Source: a virus
Taxonomy: Duplodnaviria > Caudoviricetes
Virus record (IMG/VR): IMGVR_UViG_3300029288_000065
Location: 128,001-192,000 of that record
Direction: 5' to 3' (one strand)
Length of the DNA stretch: 64,000 nucleotides
The position numbers and the translations under genes were made by a program. Shown piece after piece: positions 17,853 through 29,200 of this stretch; position 1 is the first letter of the stretch, and each line of letters opens with the position of its first letter. The notes below the pieces were generated by a model. It was not told the origin of the DNA, made no database searches, and saw only the letters and a program-made list of their open reading frames with translations.

Positions 17853-20800
17853 TCAGACCATGTTATTGATGAAATACTCGAACAGGAGTTTTCTATCTTC
17901 CATTGTCATATTAACACATGCCAGACAATGATTCTTTGTTGTATTGTAAAGTTTCGCCATCCGAACCTCATCTCCCTCCTCCAAATATCTAACAACCCTA
18001 TTCTTGATAGGAGCACTGACGACACATTCAACGATCAACTTGGCCATTTCTCTTAGAGTTGGCTCTACATCTTCAAGATATAGGTTGTATATGTTCTGTT
18101 TGACTGTTTCGTCCTCTTTCTCCCAGGCGTTCAATGCTTCTTGTTCAATTTTGGCATGGAGGTGTTCTACTTCTTTCCTCTTTTCCTCATTTTCTTCGAA
18201 AGACTTATTTGGGTCAGGTTCAAATTCAAATCTCTTGTTTAGACGTTCTACTACATCATCAATATCCAGGAGTTGCCATCCCTTACTGGCGTCTGCTTCT
18301 TGTTCTTGCTGCCATTTGGCTTCCTTTTCTTCCTCTTCTTCCTGTTCTTGTGAGAGAGGTGTGAAACCGTATAATTTTCCTCTTCTGTCCTTTTCTTGTA
18401 GGAACATTGGCATATGGATTCTTGCCCATTCTGCCATGGCAGCAGGATCTTCACCGAATTTATACCGGAGGGCATATTGCCAGAATCTGTCCAAGTCCCA
18501 GTTAAAGAATACTCTAAATGTTGCGCGAGTACTTTCAACACCGGCATAAGGTTCGTTTTCTTGACGGTAAGAATCTGCAACGTCTCTGATCAATCCTATT
18601 GATTCATCCTCAGTCTCAGTTGCGAACAGCTTTTTCTCAGGCTCACTTTTCAGATCTATCACTTTACCAAGCAACTGAGTATTCCCACCAAATACCTTCT
18701 TCTTCCATTCATCTCTTGACATATAAGGATCACCCCATGAAGAAACAATAGCTGGATCATAAAGTAATACCAACTTTTTGAAGATTCTCTGTGCTCTGGC
18801 TGGACTAATTTCAAGTTGCATAGCCTTCCCGATGAAATTAATCTCTTTCTTCTTAATCATCTGAGCACGTGCGGCCAAGAAATCATCTCCAATTGGACCA
18901 CCATAAACCTTAGACTTCTGGTCAATATATTCCTTGTAAACTTTGGTCATATATTCATCGAATTTATCTCTAATAAAAGAACCTTCCTCGCCAGCAATAG
19001 AATCAGGTAAGCCGAATTTAATCCTATTGGCTTCAGCTCTGTAAAAATCATTCTTCCACAGGTTCTTATCGGCCTTTTGGTAGGTTCTGAGAACAGAATC
19101 ATTTATATCAAAATCGACATTATGGAGACCGAACCTATCCCCAACATTTACCTTTATACCCCTTGGGCCTGTGTAGGATACAGTACCAGTCTCTGGATCA
19201 AAATCTGTAACTTCAACTGTACCATTTGGAAGATCAACAGAAACATTCTCTCGGAAATTGACGTTTTGGTCAATCAGATCTTCTGAAGTGAATTTGTTGT
19301 GCGCTGGGACACTAGAAACATAACCAGTAATTACAGGATTCTTAAACTGTGAAACCAACTGTTCCTCAATAGCATTTCTAAGGCCTTCATGAGTGGTTAA
19401 TGTTTCTTGGTAAGTAGGATCGTTCTTGTCACTTGGTAATTCTATTCCCTTTATTGTCTTTCTTGGGATAGTAATATACATCTCATATTTCATATCTTTC
19501 TCACTCTCAATTTCTTTTTTGAAATAACGGGTGAACATTTCTACTTTTTTCTCAATGGGAACTTTTGCCATATTCTCTTGGAACTCTTCAAAATCAGTAA
19601 TACCATACTTGACAAAATCGTCCTTGTGCTGTTCCCAAGTCATCCTCTCATATTTCTCGATGTTGGACGTATTCCATCTAAATTTGGCACCTGCTACCCT
19701 ATCAACCGAGATGCCTGTTCCATTGGAAACCATAATATATGCTCTGTACATCCTGCCATTGACGTTTACTGCTTGTGGTTCTGGTAGATGTATTACCGTG
19801 AAACCTACGCCCTTCTTCATCAGTTCTGGTGGTGGTGGCTGATTCAGGACTACTTCACCTGTCTCAGGATTAAACAAGAAATCACCGTTGGTATCTCTCT
19901 TGACGTGGTAGGTTCCAGACCCAAGTTTGATAATGGTTGATTCATCTTTTAGGATCTTGCTAATTGTTGGAGTACTGGCACTTCTACCTCTTGCTTTGGA
20001 GAATGTAGCAGAGGTAATACTTGGGAGTTCAGGATTGGCGTCGTCAATTTTTCCATGGATCAGGTTTAGGTCGTCTATATCATATCCCTTCTTTAAATTC
20101 TTAAAGATAGTTGAGGTTACGTCATTGGCTAGTTGGACATAAGTTCTATCAGTAACATTTAATTCTTTGACATCACGGCTTACTTTCTCAAGTTCTCCTT
20201 GGATTAATTTGAACAGGCGTGGTCCATTGAATACTGAATTACCAGAGTGAATCATACCAGGAGGCATTTTCTGGTTTTTCTGAATATAACCATAGAGTTC
20301 TTTTTCGGAGAAGTCTTCCGCTGGTGTTTCAATAATCTGATCTACCATTTGGGATATTTCATCTCGTGCTGTGAAAAATTTCCCAGCAGCTTGACGCTTC
20401 GTTTTAGCTAATTTATACATATCCATTATGTCTTTTGGATTCTGTTTGGCGTCAAAGTCTTGCATGAACGCCATTAAATCTTTCTCCATCTGTGACATAA
20501 CCACCTTGAATTGTTGGATATAATCGTCACTTGTGCTTAGATCAAGAAATTCTCGTTTTGGAATATAGATCCAAAGTTCGTAATGTGCTGGAATTTTATT
20601 GCGTGGTGTAGAAGCTCGTTCAATTCTCTTGAATGGTTCCAGACCCTGTTCCTTCGAAGTTGGTGAAATCATATCTTCAGCATAGTATTGGTATATTTTC
20701 TCCAGAGTGTCCCGTAACATCTCATATTCAGCAATTTGTTCCTCGTTGAAACCTGAATTCTCAATGGAATAAAGTGATCTTCTTGAGCCATCAGATTCTT

Positions 20801-23213
20801 CACCCAGATCCATTAAAGTCCGTTCGTAGGAAGCTTTTCTAAATGCGTTTAATCTGTCAACGATATCTGTTAGATAAGAATCAAAAAATACTTCCTTTTC
20901 TGTCTCTTCCAATGGGAGAGATACTGGACGCTTCTTATTTCGCATGATTAGATTCTTCTGGTCATCGAACCACGACCCATATTTCTCAAACGCCGCAATA
21001 ATATAATCTTGGGTGGCTTTCCCAGAATCTGGGTCATTAAGCATCTCATCTAACGATGACGAAATCCTATCCAGGTATAATCTGACAAGCATTTTCTTCT
21101 TGGTTTCGCGGTCTTTTCTATACTCCTTACGAATTCTTCTATCATGATCTCTAACTTCTGGTGATTCCTTTATAGACTGGATCATATACATCCAGGATGG
21201 GTAAGATCTCCCACCACGAGTGAAAGGCTTAGATTTGTCAACTTTTTTCTGGATTGGAGGGGCAGCACCCTCAGCTTCACAAATTACTTGTTCCAAATGC
21301 TTAAAAATATCCTCTGCAACTGCTGGCATTTTGGATTTCTTTTGCTTTAATTCAGCTGGCAGTAGTTCCTCCAAAGATCGTCGTGATGTAAAAGGATCTT
21401 CCTTATCGCTATCTGTTTTCTTTATCTCAATCTTTAACTTTGGATTCCCAGAGATTACAGCCACCAAATTAAAAATCGTCCTACCCAAAGCAACTGTACC
21501 CAGTTCATACTTCGGCAATGTCCCCTCTTTCAATTTTCTGGTATCAACATTGGTATCAGCCAATTTCTCGACAACGGTCGCAGAGAGAGCAACAATGGGA
21601 TCTTTGGATGTCTTGTAAGAGTCAAAGTTCGCAGTTACAGATTCCTTGACATTATCCATCTGTTTCTTTTTGTGAGCTTGGAATTTCTCAAGAAGTCCTT
21701 TTATATAATTTAGATCATCGAGAGTGTCAATTTTCCCGATCTTTATCCGTTTAAGGAATTCTGGGTCTAAATTTTGTGACCCTATTTCTTTTACTGCTTC
21801 TCTGGTTGTATCGATAATATCTTCAAATCTTGCTGAACCACCAACTTTTCTATACTCATCCTGTAGAGTTTTTAGATCACCATTCTTTTTGGCTGTTGTT
21901 AATTTCTGGAGTAATGCTGTTTTCTCTTGTGAACCATACTCAACATATAATGTTTTTAGGCTTTCCAATGCCTTCATGTATTTTTCTTTTGTGTTTGGAT
22001 AAAGTTCCATTGCTCTCTTTGGGAGGTCTCCTATGCTCTTTAGGAGATCATTATATTCATCTTGGGTGATCATTTTTTGTTCGAGATTATACTTCAGTAG
22101 ATCGGAAGTATTCTTTTGGAGTCTCTTTAAAGCTGTCTGTAGGTCGCCTGATCTAACTTGGGACATTTCATTGAATAATTCCAATGTGAATTGGTCAGTT
22201 AATATATCTCTGAATTCGTCAAGTGTAATGTCACCAGCATCACTAAAGTCCAGTTTGATATTTTTTAGAATATCAACTTGTTCTCCTGAGAAGAGATCTG
22301 GTCTTGTTAATAATGCTGATAGCATTGTCATTGCATCGGCAGATCCAAGATTTTTCTCTTGGAGGAAATCTATTTGCCCATCTGATAATTTACTTCCACC
22401 AGAACCTATAAATGCTTTTCCACTTATCCTTATTGTGTTAAAACTAATCTGGTTTATGATTTGATTTATTCTCTGTACAGCTTCTGGATTTATTCCCTTG
22501 TCATTTCGTACATCGTTTATTCTATTTGTCAGAAATACTTCGTTGTCAATTTCATCTTGGGTTGTTGCCTGTTTCTTGGCTTTCATAATATTATCAATGA
22601 TGTTGTTTATAGTACATTTCCCTATTTTGTCATTAATATCATCATATTCACTCTTGACCTGATCAAAATCTTTCTTTGCTTTGATATATGATTGGTATGA
22701 TTTCTTACTGTGTTCTGTTGGTCTCGATACAAAGTCACTCCATGAGGAACCATACTCTTTTAAGAAGTACCTGATCTTCTCAATTGCTTTTTGTGTTTCG
22801 GCGTTTACTGCGTCACTGCCTTTCTTTTCATCAGTTGGTAGGATTGGATTATTTGGGAACCTGTCATTGTAGAGTTTCCAGAGTTCTGTTCCTGTGAATT
22901 CTGCGTGGGACCACTGGGTACTTTGGTCGCCACGTCGAAGTGCATCATATAATGCTGCTCCGAGGACTGCTTGCTGGATTTCTGGGTCCCAGTCTTTTCC
23001 AAGTTTTCTGGAGATTAGCTGAACTTGGCGTAGGATTTGTTTGCGTCGTCTGGCGTTCTGTAATCCTGTCTTTAGATTCTTGGTATCTTCGTCTCCTGTT
23101 TCTTCTGGTTCTATACTGGGGTCTACTCTTTTCCTTTGTTCTTCTTCTCCGGCTTCTGATAGTATACTGGGTCCATGGCTTGACAGCGGTAGAAACTTAT
23201 TCTTCACAGTCAT
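17853..23213 (-). CDS. Giant protein (1786 aa), putative virion internal/ejection protein
   Basis: CAAAAATAT plus GGAG upstream; ILSE/VICE/LIVE motifs; no recognisable enzyme domain. Confidence 0.75.
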   Translation of the reverse strand: MTVKNKFLPLSSHGPSILSEAGEEEQRKRVDPSIEPEETGDEDTKNLKTGLQNARRRKQILRQVQLISRKLGKDWDPEIQQAVLGAALYDALRRGDQSTQWSHAEFTGTELWKLYNDRFPNNPILPTDEKKGSDAVNAETQKAIEKIRYFLKEYGSSWSDFVSRPTEHSKKSYQSYIKAKKDFDQVKSEYDDINDKIGKCTINNIIDNIMKAKKQATTQDEIDNEVFLTNRINDVRNDKGINPEAVQRINQIINQISFNTIRISGKAFIGSGGSKLSDGQIDFLQEKNLGSADAMTMLSALLTRPDLFSGEQVDILKNIKLDFSDAGDITLDEFRDILTDQFTLELFNEMSQVRSGDLQTALKRLQKNTSDLLKYNLEQKMITQDEYNDLLKSIGDLPKRAMELYPNTKEKYMKALESLKTLYVEYGSQEKTALLQKLTTAKKNGDLKTLQDEYRKVGGSARFEDIIDTTREAVKEIGSQNLDPEFLKRIKIGKIDTLDDLNYIKGLLEKFQAHKKKQMDNVKESVTANFDSYKTSKDPIVALSATVVEKLADTNVDTRKLKEGTLPKYELGTVALGRTIFNLVAVISGNPKLKIEIKKTDSDKEDPFTSRRSLEELLPAELKQKKSKMPAVAEDIFKHLEQVICEAEGAAPPIQKKVDKSKPFTRGGRSYPSWMYMIQSIKESPEVRDHDRRIRKEYRKDRETKKKMLVRLYLDRISSSLDEMLNDPDSGKATQDYIIAAFEKYGSWFDDQKNLIMRNKKRPVSLPLEETEKEVFFDSYLTDIVDRLNAFRKASYERTLMDLGEESDGSRRSLYSIENSGFNEEQIAEYEMLRDTLEKIYQYYAEDMISPTSKEQGLEPFKRIERASTPRNKIPAHYELWIYIPKREFLDLSTSDDYIQQFKVVMSQMEKDLMAFMQDFDAKQNPKDIMDMYKLAKTKRQAAGKFFTARDEISQMVDQIIETPAEDFSEKELYGYIQKNQKMPPGMIHSGNSVFNGPRLFKLIQGELEKVSRDVKELNVTDRTYVQLANDVTSTIFKNLKKGYDIDDLNLIHGKIDDANPELPSITSATFSKARGRSASTPTISKILKDESTIIKLGSGTYHVKRDTNGDFLFNPETGEVVLNQPPPPELMKKGVGFTVIHLPEPQAVNVNGRMYRAYIMVSNGTGISVDRVAGAKFRWNTSNIEKYERMTWEQHKDDFVKYGITDFEEFQENMAKVPIEKKVEMFTRYFKKEIESEKDMKYEMYITIPRKTIKGIELPSDKNDPTYQETLTTHEGLRNAIEEQLVSQFKNPVITGYVSSVPAHNKFTSEDLIDQNVNFRENVSVDLPNGTVEVTDFDPETGTVSYTGPRGIKVNVGDRFGLHNVDFDINDSVLRTYQKADKNLWKNDFYRAEANRIKFGLPDSIAGEEGSFIRDKFDEYMTKVYKEYIDQKSKVYGGPIGDDFLAARAQMIKKKEINFIGKAMQLEISPARAQRIFKKLVLLYDPAIVSSWGDPYMSRDEWKKKVFGGNTQLLGKVIDLKSEPEKKLFATETEDESIGLIRDVADSYRQENEPYAGVESTRATFRVFFNWDLDRFWQYALRYKFGEDPAAMAEWARIHMPMFLQEKDRRGKLYGFTPLSQEQEEEEEKEAKWQQEQEADASKGWQLLDIDDVVERLNKRFEFEPDPNKSFEENEEKRKEVEHLHAKIEQEALNAWEKEDETVKQNIYNLYLEDVEPTLREMAKLIVECVVSAPIKNRVVRYLEEGDEVRMAKLYNTTKNHCLACVNMTMEDRKLLFEYFINNMV

Positions 23214-23237
23214 ATGAATTCTCCGTTCTGTCTCTAT

Positions 23238-23246
23238 ATATTTTTG
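23238..23246 (-). promoter_or_regulatory. Candidate late promoter CAAAAATAT
   Basis: In the short gap between the two giant genes. Confidence 0.6.
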
Positions 23247-23258
23247 AATATAATTGTT

Positions 23259-26200
23259 TTAGATCTCTTCGAAATCACCACTTGGTCCAGGTTTCAGACC
23301 CAGTTGTCGTAATTTCTCTTGCCTCTTCAACTCTTGCTCACGAGATGCAGACTTTCCTGTAGGAATTGTAACCTTGGCACCAGGACGAGCCTCAATGCCA
23401 TAGTACCCATGTGGAGGTGCAGGAGATGGAGTAATAACCTCTTCTTCCTCACCCTCCTCACCCTTTTCAGGATGATATTTCGCAGGGCCAACATACCTCT
23501 GTAATACCTTCTTAACATTCGGATCTGTCTCCTTCTGATAGAGATCCCAAATCTTATCAAAAGATGTATTCTTCCACTTTCCACCACCAACCATCAAGCT
23601 CTTCAGAGCTGTCAACATAGTCTCATCCGGGCCAGCATCCAAAATTCTTGAGATTGTACTATCGACCATTTCCTGATTTGGTTCTTTTAGACGGTCAATA
23701 AGTGACACTGCAGTATTTTCAGAGATTCTACCACCACTATCAGCTGCGAAATGTGCTGAAGTAAGATTCTTGGAAATATATCCAGCTTCATCCCTCAATG
23801 CCAATAGGAAATCCTCTTCATTATCATAAGTATTTATATTCTCGTCCCCAACCCTATGAGCTTGGAATTTTACTTCCAAATCATCAGCCAAAGGACCAAT
23901 ATTGGCATTTGACAATTCATTTGCAATTGCAACCAAATCCTCATCGCTCATTTCTGATAGAGCTTTTATCTGCTTTTTGGAATTCTTTAATGATAGAAGA
24001 ATTGCTCTCTCATCGTCTTTATCTGGGAAAGTAACACCATACTTCTTACTATAATACTTGACATATCTAACATCCTTTGAGATATCAAGCTGAATATCAG
24101 CAATATCAGATGAAGAATAATATTTTCCAGTCTTTGAATCATAAAAATTCCTGGAATTCTTCAACTGTTCCAGTAACTTTTCTTGATCTGCCAAATCTCT
24201 TGTCAATTTGGCCTCTTCTGGACCTGGTTCAGCATTTCTCAATTTTGTCCTAATGGTAGAAATTGTACCATTAACTTTCTTGATTCTTTCTGTGTCAATA
24301 GCTGGACCAACTTTCCTCTTTTCTGGAGTAGTTGATACTTCTCGGAGTTTTAATCTCTTGGCTATCTCCTGTGCCTGACTAGCAATATTGGCTTTATATT
24401 CTTCTGTGTCTACCTTGGCCAGTCTTCCTGTTATTTCACCTGCGAACATCATAATGGCATTGGAAATCTGTTGTGGGTCAATAGCTTCACCAGTTTTTGC
24501 TGATTGTCTCTTTATAGCTGCTACCTTTTGACGTGTAGCGTAAAGTTCCAAGTCTGTGTCCAGGGAAGCCATTAGATTTTGGTGTACTAGTCGTCGTACA
24601 TCTTCTGGATTCTGTTGTGGGTCCATCCCTTCTGGGAGAGAGATAGCGAAGTTACTCTCTTTATCTTGCCAAGAGTTTGAAGCTTTCCTGCGTAGTAGTT
24701 CTCTTCTAACATCATCAGTCAATTTTATAAGGATTGGATCGTTTGGATTTTTTGGATCTGGTTCTCTTGGTTGTACGCTTTCAAGTCTATCTATAATCTC
24801 ATCGAATAATTTCATTGGATCATCTCCTTTTCGGAGGGATCCAATCATTTTCAACATGGTATCAACTTCTGTGTCAGTAAACTTTCTTACGCCTTGATCG
24901 TCTTGGACGCCACGGAGGGCATTTTTCATGATTTTTGGATCTGTTATTTGTTCGGTGTCAAATCGTTCTTTTATGTTCCTTGCGTGTTCGACCAGTTCGT
25001 CAAAGTCTGGACGAATTAGTTCTCTGAAGTATTCATCATCTGGGTCGAATGTTGGTGATGCCTCAAATGACATACCAGTCTCTGGATCTCTCCAGAGATT
25101 CTTGTTCGCTGGCATCTTGAAGCCAGTTACAGGATCATGCCACTCATACTTGAATACCTTTTTGGTACCAAGGAGATCTCTAAAGAAACCAACTTTGGCC
25201 TGATCGTCATGAAGTCCAAATTTTAACATCAATAGATTTCTCTCACGGTCTGTGAGAGATGGAATTTTCATTATCATGTCAACGGTATCATGAATTTGGG
25301 CTATTGTGTCTGGCGTTGGTACGCTTAGGGATTTCTGTGTATCTATTAATTGTTCTCTCTTATCGCCGGCTCCTTGTATTTCTTGGTCAAGTGATAGAGT
25401 TGTTGACAATGGGATTGGACGTACGAAAACAAATTTGTTCAAGTACCTCTTCATGTTCCAATCACTACTTAAGTCCAACAGAGCAACATTCTTGGCACTG
25501 TTGAGGGTTTGACTTCGACCTTCCTCATCCTTTACCTTGTCAGCATAACCATTAAGTACCTGTCTAATGGTTTTATTAACCTGGCGTATCTTATCTCTGA
25601 ACTCCTGAGAAGAAGATCTCCCCTCGGATCTCTCATAATCATTTCGGATAACATAAGGCTTCCCGCCACGACCAGCAACTCGAATAGGACCAAATCCTTC
25701 CGTAAAATGCTTCCCATTGAGTACATCTTCCACAGTCTTTGGTATATCCTTATCAGGAATCTTACCAGTCTCTTTAAGACGTATGCCATCATGAGAGTAA
25801 AGTTTTCCATCTTGTGGGTTTAGGAATGTGTAAATCCACATTACGTAAGCTTGTACTGGGGCACTTACAATCAAGACATCCCAAGTTCCACCGGCTGGGT
25901 GAGCTGTAATTCGTCTTGATGGACCAGCCATAAACCGGTTGGACAATTCTTTATTAATAGTGAATAATACATACCTGACAAAACCGGGATTGGACCTCTC
26001 CATCCTTCTTCCTTCCGGTCCTTCCCTGAGTTCGTTTACCTTCTCTTCAACCTTCTTGGTAGTGAAGTTCTTATTGGACACCAATTTCTTGGCAACTTCC
26101 ATTGGAGTTACATCTTTCCACCATGTTGGTCGACCATTTTCCAGAATATCATCCGTCCAATATAACGATCCTTCTATGAATTCCAATCCGTCATATACCT

Positions 26201-29200
26201 TCTTAGCTTGATCTGTAACATACTTTTCATCTTCTGGCGCTGTTCCTCTCAGAGAAGCTCTGATTACTCTTGTAATTTCATCCAAAGACGGTTTTTGATT
26301 TTCACCCTCACCTTTAAAGTATGAAGGTTTTCCATTCCCCTTTTGATACACCCACACATTTTGCTGTGGGTGGAATTCTGCTGTTTCAGCTACTTCAAGT
26401 GCCTCTTCAGGAGTTAATTTTACTGATCTCATAACTATATCACGGAGTTGGTCTTTATCAGGCTTCGTTGGATCTTGTGGATCATTATCCAAATCGGTGT
26501 AATACCGGTCTGATTGTGGGTCGAACCAAGTATTTCTGCGTTTATCATTCTCAAGTGCTTTGAAGACCAGTTTTCTAGCTTCTTCACGTACATCGTCAAG
26601 TTCTTGCTGTTTCTTATAGAGTTGGAACTTGTAATATATTCTGTCCGCTGCTGCGTCAACCAATCCACCAATTGTGTCGAAGATCTGTTCGACTGTCCAA
26701 CCAGTACCTTGGAGTTTTTGATCCAACCATCTTTGGTAGGAATCATCATCTGAGAATGCTCTGGCAGAGAAAGGATCTGAGGGATCCAATTTCTGTTTGT
26801 AATCGTTTGGATTTACTACATCGGAAGACTGCATTATATCAGTAATTCTGTCTAAGGTACGGAGTGAACGTGGGTTTTCATAATTTGAGATTACAAGTTT
26901 GCGCCCGCTTCTCGTCTCATATTCCACTTGTTCTCTTCCATGTGATACTTCCATGGTCTGGCTTGGGTCTTGTGGATTTCTGGTACGAGGTCTATATCCC
27001 AATTGTGCGCCAAAGAGAGAAAGTGCGAGTTCAGCATCTCTCAGTGTCTGGAATGCGAAAAGTTTTTCTGGAGCTGTATCGTCATTCTCGATACTTCCAT
27101 CTTCAGCACGCTTAAGACCTATAGGAGCTTCAAAGTCAATCTTTCCGTTTTCATCAGAGAGGTAGATGCCCCAAAGGTAATCACCTGGTGTATTCCAAAT
27201 TTTCCTACCACCAACACCTCTCTTGGGTATAAATGGACTCTTTCCACCAGACTTCTTAACAACTACTTTTAGTAAGAGTGCTATTGGGTCTATGGTTTCT
27301 TCTGTTTCCATTGCATCTACTTCAAGTCTGTTATCAATATCACCAAATTTGGCCCTGGCATAATTCATAGCGTTTTCTTCAGCTGTCTTATTTCCATTTC
27401 TGGATGGGCCAGTAAAAACTTCCCGTTCTCTTTCTTGACCATCAAGATCTGTATATTTTACAATATACTTCCTGAATGGAATTACATTACCTTCTTGATC
27501 GGAATAAGTTTCTTGAATATTCCTAACAGATTCAGGATCGAAGCCTATCTTTGTGATTTCTCCACTACCAGGAGGGAATTCAACCGAGATTGGTCTACTA
27601 AAGAGACTATTATAAATCCTTTGCTTAACCTCATCGGTCAGTCTATTCCCGTAAAGGTTCAACAGGAATGATGCTTCGTTTTCTGCCTCATCACCAGATG
27701 AAGTTCTGGAGATCTTTATGTCATTCCTTCTAACTACAGCAAGGTCTAATGGTTCTCCGTAGTACAATCCTTTGATTGTAGCAAGTTGTTCATCGTTATT
27801 CACCCATTGGAATTCTTCAACTGAGATGGGGGTATGTTTCTCTGCTAGTTTTCCACCCTCTTCAACTTCTGTTCTAAACTGTGTACATGCTGCTATGATC
27901 TTGGGTTTTGCAGCTTTAAAGTCTGCAAAATAGATTCTGTTCTTGATTGCATTATAATTCTCATATAAGCTTTCTTTTTCTTGAGTATTCATTGGTTGAA
28001 TACCAAGGATGTCTCTGCGGACTTTGGATACCCATGGTCTTAGGTTTTCTGGTAGTTTGGATTCGACTTCTTCATCCGATGAAGGTGGTGCGTAGACTAT
28101 TTTTGGTTTTTTCTGGAATTTTATTTCATATGCGATTAGTCGTTCTGTGGTCTGTTCGTCTATTTCTTCATCCGACACTGATAATCCTTGATCGCGGCGG
28201 TAAAGCAATTCGTCCATCGCTTGTTCTTTAATAATCTTGACAGTCCATTCTGCGTCTTCTTCGTCATACTCTCCAGATTCCATTATCCTGGCACGTTCCT
28301 CTGGTTCCACTCTGAAGTATAATTCTTTGATGGAGTCAAGGGCATTTCTGGCGAACATTGTTGCCAGATGCTTTTTGGTTTCGTCCTGGAGGTCCCCTTC
28401 AATAATATTATAGACAGGTTGCTGAAGTCCAGGGGGTGGTACTTTTGATGCTGCTATCTGGAGTGTATCTGTGGGTGAGAGAGCTTCCAGATCTTGTGCT
28501 TCAGCCTTCTTCAGTTTTTCCAATGACAAAGTTAGAGCTTTTTGAGCATTTTCTATGCCTGAACCGGTCTGCTTGGCATTATTTAGGGTTTCCCTTTTTT
28601 CTATTACGTCTTGTTGTGCTCTGTCTACGTAGATTGCTACTAGGCCAGTTAGATTATGTTTCTTGAGGGCATTCTTTATGTCTGCGACGTATGTTGCTAT
28701 TTCTTGGGTCGTTGGTGTTTCGAGGTGTGTTGCTTGTTCTGCTGCTGATGCCCATTCGGATACTTTGGTCTTTATGTGGTTGGCTATGCTTTGGAGTACT
28801 GGTACTTGTTTTTCGTCAGTTGGGTCCATTCTTCGTACGATACCATCTATGGTTAGTCTGCCGTTACTCCATTCGGCATCTTTATCGCGTCTTAGGAATC
28901 TATCTGCCCATCGTCCTGCTGGTACCCAGGCACCGGTAGTACTTATGTCTTTTCTGGTGGCTGCTTTTTCTGTCTTTGCTTGTGGGATTACTCTATATCC
29001 CATCATGACTTTTAGGATATTGTCTGAGATTGTGGAGACCATTCTGTTTATTGGTGGTGTGAAATCTCTATTGTTGGTTGTTAGGTATGTGTTGATTGCT
29101 GGCAACATTCTTTGTAGTCTGGTGTACATCTGTTCTTTGTTGGCAGTTATTTCTGTTTCTTCTTCGGTTTCTGCCATCCCTGCCAATTCTGGGTGTTCTT

